A DNA stretch of 9,334 bases from Candidatus Iainarchaeum sp. (GTDB taxonomy: Archaea; Iainarchaeota; Iainarchaeia; Iainarchaeales; CSSED10-239), in the NCBI GenBank assembly GCA_028700905.1, contig JAQVRT010000028.1, positions 1 to 9,334 of the forward strand. Reading direction: 5' to 3'. The notes below the pieces were generated by a model that ran no database searches, had not been told where the DNA came from, and worked only from the letters and a program-made list of their open reading frames with translations. Made by a program: the position numbers and the translations under genes. Positions within the stretch are counted from its first letter, which is position 1. The number at the start of each line of letters is the position of its first letter. Below, in pieces: positions 1-5,775 of this stretch.

Positions 1-831
1 AAAAGCTTTTTTACTTTCTTGGTTTTTATCTGATTTTAAAACTTCTAAAGCTATTCTTTGTGAAGAAATTTGTCCAAAATGAAGATATGGTGAAAGATTT
101 GATTGAAAGTTTCTTGAAGGATCATTTCTTAATATTGAGTAATCATTTAATTTGTTTTCTATAAAGTCTTTTAAAACTTTTTTAGAAGCTTTTTCTCCTG
201 ATATAAAAGAGTAATTATGTTTTTTTGTAATTAATTTATTAAAATCATTTTTATAATCAATTATTTTATCTCTTTTTTTAAATTTTGGAATTTCTTTTAA
301 ATAACTTCCAAGTAAATGATTAATTTTTGGTCTTAGGGTATATGCTGCATACTCTTGTTTTTTAGATGCAATTTCAATAGGCACTATATTGTGTGAGTCT
401 ATCATAAAGAAAGGTATTTTTATTTCTTTTAAGACTTCCTCTCTCCATTTTACCTTTATTTTTAATGGATCTAGATCTGTAACTAGTGCAGATATTTTAT
501 TATTATTAATATAATTTGTTATTTCTTTGAAAGGTTCTTTTCCTTTTAAAATAATAAACTCAATTCCTAGGTTATTAAGCTTTTCTTCAACTTCTTTTAA
601 GCCTTCAAGCATAAAGCTAAATTGTTTTTCTTGTGATTCTAGAAACTTTTCTACTAAAGTAAATATTACTTTTATATTACAGTTATGTTTTCTTGAAAGA
701 TTGTCTGCAAATAAAAGAGAGTAGTTATCATCAACTCTTTGTTCTCTTGTCATCCAGTAAATAATCTCTTGTTTTTCTTTTATTTCTTTAAATTTGTTTA
801 AAGATTTTACTCTATCTATTATATTTTCCAT
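1..831 (-). CDS. phr: Class II CPD photolyase (deoxyribodipyrimidine photolyase), N-terminal 277 codons; C-terminus lies beyond the left window edge
   Basis: I translated the minus strand from the ATG at 831-829 down to position 1 by hand and found no stop. Product: MENIIDRVKSLNKFKEIKEKQEIIYWMTREQRVDDNYSLLFADNL...LVTDLDPLKIKVKWREEVLKEIKIPFFMIDSHNIVP...KQEYAAYTLRPKI...GEKASKKVLKDFIENKLNDYSILRNDPSRNFQSNLSPYLHFGQISSQRIALEVLKSDKNQESKKAF. The YWMxR(D/E)QRxxDN, EYAA(H/Y)T(F/L)RPK and NLSPYLHFGQISSQR blocks are class II photolyase signatures as I remember them from the Methanosarcina enzyme. The ORF is absent from the supplied track because it has no stop in the window. Confidence 0.9.
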   Translation of the reverse strand, partial: MENIIDRVKSLNKFKEIKEKQEIIYWMTREQRVDDNYSLLFADNLSRKHNCNIKVIFTLVEKFLESQEKQFSFMLEGLKEVEEKLNNLGIEFIILKGKEPFKEITNYINNNKISALVTDLDPLKIKVKWREEVLKEIKIPFFMIDSHNIVPIEIASKKQEYAAYTLRPKINHLLGSYLKEIPKFKKRDKIIDYKNDFNKLITKKHNYSFISGEKASKKVLKDFIENKLNDYSILRNDPSRNFQSNLSPYLHFGQISSQRIALEVLKSDKNQESKKAF

Positions 832-908
832 AATTATTCTTTTTTTTAAGATATCTATATAAAATATTTGTAGCATATTCTTTTTAAAATAGAAAGATTG
901 TTTTAAAT
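832..908. promoter_or_regulatory. Divergent promoter region with two TATA-like boxes, each about 23-29 nt upstream of the flanking ATG (possible leaderless or short-leader archaeal transcripts)
   Basis: This is a 77-nt spacer between the divergent genes. Minus-strand TTTTATATAG (complement of 855-864) is centred about 29 nt upstream of the photolyase ATG at 831. Plus-strand TTTTTAAAATA (881-891) is centred about 23 nt upstream of the ATG at 909. Neither gene has a Shine-Dalgarno motif. In such AT-rich DNA, TATA-like strings are common, so this is weak evidence. Confidence 0.3.
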
Positions 909-1631
909 ATGTTAAGAGAAGAAAAACTAGTTTTTAATAATAAAGAATATATATTAAAAATATATGTTGAAAGAAGAAGATCAACATATATGTCTATTGG
1001 TAGGAACATAAATATAAGGGTTCCTAAGTTTTTTTCAGAAAAGGCAAGAGAAGAGCAAATAAATAATATGAAGTTAAAATTGATTGATTATTTAAAAAAA
1101 GATCCTAAAAAATATGCTCCAATTTCTTTAAGGAAATATGTTTCTGGGGAAACTATTGATATTTTTGATAGAAAATATGTTTTAACAATTCAAAAAGAAA
1201 ACAGAAAAACTTCTCTTGCAAAAATTAAAGAGAACCAAATTATTTTAAAAATTCCAAATAATCTTTTAAATGAAGATAAAATAATTTCAAAGTTAATAGG
1301 AAAAATTCTTTCAAAAGAACTTTTGCCTTTACTTAAAGATAAAGTTAATTTTTTTAATGATCTTTATTTTAAGCAAAATATTAAATCTATTTCTTTAAAG
1401 AACAATACTTCAAAGTTTGGTTCTTGTTCTTATGATAAAAAATTAGTTTTTTCAACTTCTCTTTTGCTTGCAAGAAAAGATGTTATTGATTATGTGATTA
1501 TTCATGAACTTTGTCACACTATTCATCATAATCATTCTAAGAGATTTTGGAAATTAGTTGAAAAATTTGTTCCGGATCATAAAGAAAAAAGTAAATGGCT
1601 CAGAGAAAACAGAGCCAAACTAATCATTTAG
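909..1631 (+). CDS. DUF45 / YgjP-like (M48-related) zinc metallohydrolase
   Basis: 240-aa ORF. The C-terminal block VIDYVIIHELCHTIHHNHSKRFWKLVEKFVPDHKEKSKWLREN matches the DUF45/YgjP signature (HExxH followed by NHSxxFW). The N-terminal basic beta-rich region (YILKIYVERRRSTYMSIGRNINIRVP) is also typical of the family. Ends in TAG at 1629-1631. Confidence 0.8.
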   Translation: MLREEKLVFNNKEYILKIYVERRRSTYMSIGRNINIRVPKFFSEKAREEQINNMKLKLIDYLKKDPKKYAPISLRKYVSGETIDIFDRKYVLTIQKENRKTSLAKIKENQIILKIPNNLLNEDKIISKLIGKILSKELLPLLKDKVNFFNDLYFKQNIKSISLKNNTSKFGSCSYDKKLVFSTSLLLARKDVIDYVIIHELCHTIHHNHSKRFWKLVEKFVPDHKEKSKWLRENRAKLII

Positions 1632-1836
1632 ATTTTTTCTTTTTCTGAATTGGTTTTTCAGTATTGTTAATATTTTTTTCTTTTGCCATAACAATACCAA
1701 AGAAACAAAGAATTAATGTTGTAAATATTATTACCCAAGAATACTCTCTTGCAAATATTACAATTATTGCAGCAATTGCAACAGTAAATGCTCCAACAGT
1801 TCCTGCAATTTCAACTGATGTTTTTTTATCTTTCAT
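1624..1836 (-). CDS. Small two-TM membrane protein (70 aa), last gene of the ZIP operon
   Basis: Two hydrophobic helices (VEIAGTVGAFTVAIAAIIVIFA and WVIIFTTLILCFFGIVMA) are flanked by Lys-rich termini. The ATG at 1836 is preceded by GAGGAGA, which lies inside the end of the upstream gene, and sits 1 nt after that gene's stop codon (translational coupling). A mirror ORF exists on the + strand (1664-1879) but has no RBS or gene context. No family recognised. Confidence 0.5.
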   Translation of the reverse strand: MKDKKTSVEIAGTVGAFTVAIAAIIVIFAREYSWVIIFTTLILCFFGIVMAKEKNINNTEKPIQKKKKSK

Positions 1837-1837
1837 G

Positions 1838-2359
1838 TTATTTCTCCTCTTTTGTTTTTTTATAAATTATAAGTACTAAAACAAATTCAAGAATTATTAC
1901 AATTGGAAGTAAATTTCCAATAAACTTCATTGCCATTAATGTTGCAATAAACAATGAAACTAAACTTCCTGAAAGTAGGGCATATCTAATTATTTTATCT
2001 TTAATATTTATAATAGTTAAAGATAATGCTATAATAAAAGACAATATTATTCTTAAAAGATTTGCATTATTATTGTATTTTTCTAATGTATTATTATATT
2101 CTTTATAACAATAATCACACTCAATAGAACAGTCACTTTTGTAAATAACTGTTCCTTCTTCTGCATAACAAGTATTAACATTTTCTTGATCATATTCACA
2201 TTTATCATTCATGTAGTTTTTTTGATAAACATTATTACACTCATTAATTGGTTTTTCTAAAAATAATCTTTCAAAAGTAAAAATAATGCTAATTACTAAT
2301 GCAAAAATTAGTAAAAATATTACAATATTATATAATAATTTATCTGTTTTTTTATCCAT
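1838..2359 (-). CDS. Four-TM membrane protein with an extracytoplasmic six-cysteine domain; function unknown
   Basis: 173-aa ORF. A basic N-terminus (MDKKTDK) is followed by TM1, then a roughly 70-aa polar loop with Cys at residues 41, 54, 64, 77, 81 and 84 (ending CSIECDYC), then three more TM helices and a basic C-terminus. The positive-inside rule places the Cys loop outside the cell. An SD-like GGAGTGA overlaps the ZIP stop codon 6 nt upstream of the ATG. No family recognised. Confidence 0.65.
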   Translation of the reverse strand: MDKKTDKLLYNIVIFLLIFALVISIIFTFERLFLEKPINECNNVYQKNYMNDKCEYDQENVNTCYAEEGTVIYKSDCSIECDYCYKEYNNTLEKYNNNANLLRIILSFIIALSLTIINIKDKIIRYALLSGSLVSLFIATLMAMKFIGNLLPIVIILEFVLVLIIYKKTKEEK

Positions 2360-2365
2360 AAAATA

Positions 2366-3112
2366 TCACTCCATAAATATTAATAAAGCCATCAAAGCAA
2401 TTCCTAATATTATACCTAATATTTGTATGGTTGTCTTTTTAATACTTGTTTCTTTCTTAAGTTCAGGTATTAAATCTGATGCTCCAATATAAATAAACCC
2501 ACCAGCAGTAAATGCAATCATAATGCTTGAAAAAGCAGAAATATATTTACTTAGAATAATTCCTATAATTCCTCCAATAACTGCTGTTAAAGAAATTAAA
2601 AAATTAAGAATTAATGCTTTTTTTCTTGAATATCCTGCATATATCAAAACACCAAAATCTCCTATCTCTTGTGGAATTTCGTGTAATAAAACAGCAATTG
2701 TGGTTGCTATTCCTAAAGGGATTGAAACAATATAACTTGTGGCTATTATAATTCCATCTAAAAAATTATGAAATATATCTCCTATAAGGTTCATTTTTCC
2801 TAAAGGATGGATATGTTCTTTAGAAGTTGGCATATGACAGTGTCTCCAATGTATTATTTTTTCTAAAATAAAAAATACTAATATTCCTGCAATTATTGAA
2901 AAAGATATTACAAGAGGATTAAAACTTTCAAAGCTTTCTGGTATTAAGTGTATAAATGCATCTCCTAAAAGTGCACCTGCAGAAAAACTGATTAAGAATA
3001 AAAGCATTTTTGAGAGATGTTTTTTAGTTGTAAATAAAGTTAATATTCCTATTAATGATATTAGGCTTACAAGTAAGATACTGATTAAAGTATATAAATA
3101 TATTTCAAGCAT
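2366..3112 (-). CDS. ZIP family divalent metal (Zn/Fe/Mn) transporter
   Basis: 248-aa polytopic ORF carrying the two metal-centre motifs of ZIP proteins: HNFLDG (TM4) and HEIPQEIGDFGVL (TM5, HExPxExGD type). It also has a His-rich cytoplasmic loop, HWRHCHMPTSKEHIHP. Length and helix count fit prokaryotic ZIPs. Confidence 0.9.
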   Translation of the reverse strand: MLEIYLYTLISILLVSLISLIGILTLFTTKKHLSKMLLFLISFSAGALLGDAFIHLIPESFESFNPLVISFSIIAGILVFFILEKIIHWRHCHMPTSKEHIHPLGKMNLIGDIFHNFLDGIIIATSYIVSIPLGIATTIAVLLHEIPQEIGDFGVLIYAGYSRKKALILNFLISLTAVIGGIIGIILSKYISAFSSIMIAFTAGGFIYIGASDLIPELKKETSIKKTTIQILGIILGIALMALLIFME

Positions 3113-3365
3113 ATTTAATTTTCCTTTTTTTAATAAGTTTATAAAAAATTAGTTTTTTCTATATATTATTGTTAAAAACTGATTATAAAGGTTTTGATTT
3201 TTAATAAAAAACCTGTATTATGTCTTAAAAAATTAATTTTATAGATAATAATATAAATGGTTTGATTTACATATACTAATATCTGTTTTAATAGTGTCAT
3301 TTACAAACAATATTAAAAAAAGATTAATTTAATAGAATTATTATTTTTAAATATATTCAAACATT

Positions 3366-3935
3366 ATGAGCTTAATTTTTTCAAGAATAAAATATCCTAA
3401 AATATTATTTTTTATAATTACAATTATAATTGGAGGAATAATATTTTATGAAAGTATAAAATCTCCTCTTTTTCATGACTTTATTTTTTCTTTAGGCTAT
3501 ATTGGAACTTTAATAGGTGGTTTTTTTTATGTTTTTGGTTTTACTTCCTCCCCTTCTTCTGCTTTATTATTAGTTCTTTCAAAAGAACAAAATTTCTTTT
3601 TATTTGTTTTAATTGCAGGGATCGGTAGTTTAATCAGTAATTTTTTAATGTTCAAATTTATAAGATTTTCCTTTTATGATGAACTAAATTTATTAAAAAA
3701 AGAACGGTTTATAATGGATATAGATGAAAAATTTAAAAAAAGATTTAAAAAAAATCATCACAAAATATATGTGTATATTTCTAGTATATTTATTGCATCT
3801 CCATTACCAACAGAGATAGGGGTAACTATGATGGCCAGCAATGAAGATTTATCTTTAAAATCATTTTTAAAAATTGTATTAATTTTACATGTTTGTGCTA
3901 TAGTTATATTATTTATTATTGGGAATTTAATTTAA
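3366..3935 (+). CDS. Polytopic membrane protein of unknown function (tentatively DedA/YqaA-like)
   Basis: 189-aa ORF with about five hydrophobic helices and a central basic loop (KKERFIMDIDEKFKKRFKKNHHK). Two Pro-containing segments (FGFTSSPSSALLLVL and IASPLPTEIGVTMMA) loosely recall the PxxxE re-entrant motif of DedA/YqaA-type proteins. This assignment is from memory only and is weak. Confidence 0.6.
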   Translation: MSLIFSRIKYPKILFFIITIIIGGIIFYESIKSPLFHDFIFSLGYIGTLIGGFFYVFGFTSSPSSALLLVLSKEQNFFLFVLIAGIGSLISNFLMFKFIRFSFYDELNLLKKERFIMDIDEKFKKRFKKNHHKIYVYISSIFIASPLPTEIGVTMMASNEDLSLKSFLKIVLILHVCAIVILFIIGNLI

Positions 3936-4004
3936 TTATTATTAACAACTCTATTTTTAATAAAATGATTATTTGTTTTATAGAAAATAATTTAACTATT
4001 AAAG

Positions 4005-4027
4005 TTTTTTTTTTAATAAGTTTTTTT
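4005..4027 (+). terminator. Oligo-T tracts (T10 and T7), a possible archaeal-type terminator for the 3366-3935 gene
   Basis: T10 at 4005-4014 and T7 at 4021-4027 lie about 70-90 nt downstream of the stop codon. Archaeal RNA polymerase terminates at oligo-T tracts. No supporting stem-loop was seen. The tracts are also part of a 13-nt tandem repeat (see findings). Confidence 0.25.
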
Positions 4028-4143
4028 AATAAGTTAGATAAAGACTTTAGTGTAGTTTTTTTATTATTTTTAAGAGAATAAAAGTAAACAATTATTTTTA
4101 AACTTAACTGTACTTAATAGATATATAGTTTGGAGGTATTGAT

Positions 4144-5074
4144 ATGAACAACAATTTTTATACAAATAATTTATTCAAAGATAATAAAGTTTACTCTAAA
4201 CCCTGTTACGTCTATTTTTAATTTAATAGGAAATACTCCTATATTAAATATATCTACTTATAATAAAATCAATCTTTTTGCAAAATTAGAAGGATATAAT
4301 ATAGGTGGGTCTATAAAAGATAGGATTGCATTAAATATTATAAATCTGGCAGAAGAGAATGGTTCTTTAAATAAAAATAAAATTATTTTAGAATCAAGTT
4401 CTGAAAATACTGCTATTGGGCTTTCAATGGTTGCTGCTGTAAAAGGTTATAAAATATATGTAGTCTTAAGTGAAGATGTAAGTTTTGAGCGAAAAAAAAT
4501 ATTATCTCTTTTAGGTGCAAAATTAATCTTTAGCCCAAAAGAAGAAGGTAGTGATGGGGCAATAAGATTATTAAAAAAGATATCTGCTAAAAATCCTGAT
4601 AAATATTTTTTACCAGATCAATATTCAAATCCAGTAAATGTATTTACTCATTATTATCAGACATCTAAAGAAATAATTCATCAATTGCCAGAAATAACTC
4701 ATTTGTTTGTTGGTCTTGGAACTTCAGGTACTGCTGTTGGTTTATCTAAATCCTTAAAAGAATGCAATCCTAAAATAAAAATAATAGCTGTAGAACCAGA
4801 AAGAAACCATAAAATATTTGGTTTAAAAAATATGTCTGAATCAATGGTTCCTAAAATATATACTACAGAATATTTTGATAAAATAGAAACAGCTTATACA
4901 AAAGAAACTTATTCTGCAACTAAAGAGCTTATTAAAAATAAAGGTTTACTTGTGGGTATAAGTTCTGGAGCAGTTTATTCTGTTGTAAAAAGATATATTG
5001 AAAAAAAAGAAGAAGGTAATTACCTTATGATTTTTCCAGATAGGTTTGAGAGATATTCTAGTATCTCTTTTTAA
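4144..5074 (+). pseudogene. Cysteine synthase / O-acetylserine sulfhydrylase-like PLP enzyme (CysK/CysM family), interrupted by a one-base frame change in a T5 run
   Basis: GGAGGT (4132-4137) sits 6 nt before the ATG at 4144. That frame reads MNNNFYTNNLFKDNKVYSKPCYVYF and stops at the TAA at 4219-4221. The +1 frame is open from 4148 and reads ...SIFNLIGNTPILNISTYNKINLFAKLEGYNIGGSIKDRIALNIINLAEENG...ESSSENTAIGLSMVAAVKGYK...GLGTSGTAVG...GISSGAV... through to 5074. This contains the family N-terminal IGNTP motif, the PLP lysine (GSIKDR), the phosphate loop and the SSGA motif. The +1 frame has no ATG, GTG or TTG before 4427. The tracked 4427 ORF would lack the PLP lysine. Removing one T from T5 (4215-4219) yields an uninterrupted 309-aa ORF. 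Confidence 0.75.
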
Positions 5075-5083
5075 AAAGAAAAA
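5073..5083 (-). terminator. T5-C-T5 tract immediately 3' of tRNA-Thr, a likely oligo-T terminator
   Basis: The minus strand reads TTTTTCTTTTT directly after the discriminator base. The tract overlaps the TAA stop codon (5072-5074) of the convergent CysK-like gene. Confidence 0.35.
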
Positions 5084-5156
5084 AGCCTCTAGAGGGATTT
5101 GAACCCTCGACCTACAGTTTACAAGACTGCCGCTCTAGCCACTGAGCTATAGAGGC
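5084..5156 (-). tRNA. tRNA-Thr (anticodon UGU), 73 nt, no encoded CCA
   Basis: The reverse complement folds by hand into a canonical cloverleaf. Acceptor stem GCCTCTA/TAGAGGC. D arm GCTC-AGTGGCTA-GAGC. Anticodon stem GCAGT/ACTGT with loop CTTGTAA (anticodon TGT). Variable loop AGGTC. T arm GAGGG-TTCAAAT-CCCTC. Discriminator T. This is the only GC-rich island in the window. Confidence 0.9.
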
Positions 5157-5254
5157 TTTATATGTTAATCTAGTTTTTAAAAAAATAGACTATTTATATA
5201 AATAATATATATACTATAACTTTAAAAACATAATCTTTTTTAGAAATTAATAAA

Positions 5255-5713
5255 CTATAATGCTGCCTTTAATTTCCCAATTACATCATAGTTTAAAATA
5301 ACATAAATAATAAATGCAAGTAAAATAACAATTGCAATAAGACCAATGAAATCTCCAATTTTCATTTTCTTTTTTGCCTTTTCAACTTTTAAAACTTCTT
5401 TTTTAATTTCTTTTACTGGTTCTTTTATTTCTTCTTTTTTATTTTCTTTGACTACTTCTTTTTTAGTAGGTGTTTCTTGTTTAGTTTCTTCAAGTCTTTC
5501 ATTATTATCAAAGAATTTTTTTCCTTGGATTTTTTCATATTTATCTATATAGTTAAAACTACTATATCCATGGATTTCATTATAATGTGTTAAATTTTCT
5601 TTAATCTCTTCAATATTATAATTATTTAAAAGTAAAATATCTATTATCTCAATATCTGATAATCTTTTATTTTTTAAATCATTAATTATTTCAATTAATT
5701 TTTCATTAATCAT
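5255..5713 (-). CDS. Tail-anchored protein: N-terminal small helical domain, Lys/Glu-rich linker, single C-terminal TM helix; function unknown
   Basis: 152-aa ORF. The N-terminus is LIEIINDLKNKRLSDIEIIDILLLNNYNIEEIKENL (helical hairpin-like). The low-complexity linker is KKEVVKENKKEEIKEPVKEIKKEVLKVEKAKKK. The C-terminus has the TM helix IGDFIGLIAIVILLAFIIYVILNY plus 9 further residues. The basic cluster before the TM predicts a cytoplasmic N-terminal domain. Same strand as the ABC cluster and directly downstream of it. Confidence 0.6.
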   Translation of the reverse strand: MINEKLIEIINDLKNKRLSDIEIIDILLLNNYNIEEIKENLTHYNEIHGYSSFNYIDKYEKIQGKKFFDNNERLEETKQETPTKKEVVKENKKEEIKEPVKEIKKEVLKVEKAKKKMKIGDFIGLIAIVILLAFIIYVILNYDVIGKLKAAL

Positions 5714-5775
5714 ATTCTTTTACCAATTTGTAATTATTCAAATATATTTACTATAGTAATAATTATAAAGTTATC

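Noticed and set aside
527-724. Tracked + strand ORFs 527-724, 1664-1879, 2286-2492, 2523-2735, 3893-4081, 5346-5552, 6628-6858, 6998-7237 and 8423-8902.
   Set aside because: Except for 3893-4081, each lies mainly antisense to an ORF I call on the opposite strand; most of those have recognisable family motifs. Their products are low-complexity F/I/L/S/K-rich strings typical of shadow frames in AT-rich DNA. None has an RBS or a recognisable motif. ORF 3893-4081 overlaps the end of the 189-aa gene in another frame and then runs into the T-rich intergenic repeat.
909-1631. The DUF45 metallohydrolase as part of a restriction-modification or defence island. DUF45 genes often sit beside type I R-M genes.
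   Set aside because: No methylase, nuclease, helicase or specificity-subunit genes are in the window. Its neighbours are a photolyase and a metal-transport operon.
2357-2368. The ZIP ORF and the Cys-rich ORF are in the same frame, separated only by TGA TAT TTT. I considered TGA read-through, selenocysteine insertion or a recoded TGA producing a ZIP / Cys-rich fusion protein.
   Set aside because: Sharing a frame has a one-in-three chance. An SD-like GGAGTGA overlaps the stop codon and an ATG follows at the right spacing, which favours termination and re-initiation. TGA also ends the 70-aa ORF. Trp is encoded by TGG in conserved motifs (for example YWM in the photolyase), and no gene needs an internal TGA to reach normal length. 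I saw no SECIS-like structure. It is still worth checking whether fused orthologs exist.
4005-4035. The tandem 13-mer as a CRISPR array or minisatellite.
   Set aside because: There are only two adjacent copies with no spacers. The repeat is far shorter than CRISPR repeats and no cas genes are present.
3936-4143. A possible riboswitch or leader RNA upstream of the CysK-like gene, and a 7-bp hairpin (AGGTTTT-N12-AAAACCT, 3189-3214) in the 253-nt ZIP/membrane-protein divergent spacer.
   Set aside because: Both regions are almost pure A/T, with no extended complementary segments or conserved riboswitch cores that I recognise. A 7-bp stem with a 12-nt loop is too weak to be meaningful on its own.
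4427-5074. The tracked 215-aa ORF taken as the true CysK-like coding region.
   Set aside because: Starting at the ATG at 4427 would remove the IGNTP N-terminus, the PLP-binding lysine (GSIKDR) and the substrate loop. All of these are encoded in the same frame immediately upstream, where there is no start codon. I treat the locus as a frameshifted full-length gene spanning 4144-5074.
5075-5254. tRNA-Thr as the attachment site of an integrated mobile element, given the broken gene 9 nt from its 3' end.
   Set aside because: The window contains no integrase, transposase or phage-like genes. I found no direct repeat of the tRNA 3' half elsewhere in the window, and there is no visible compositional break around the tRNA.
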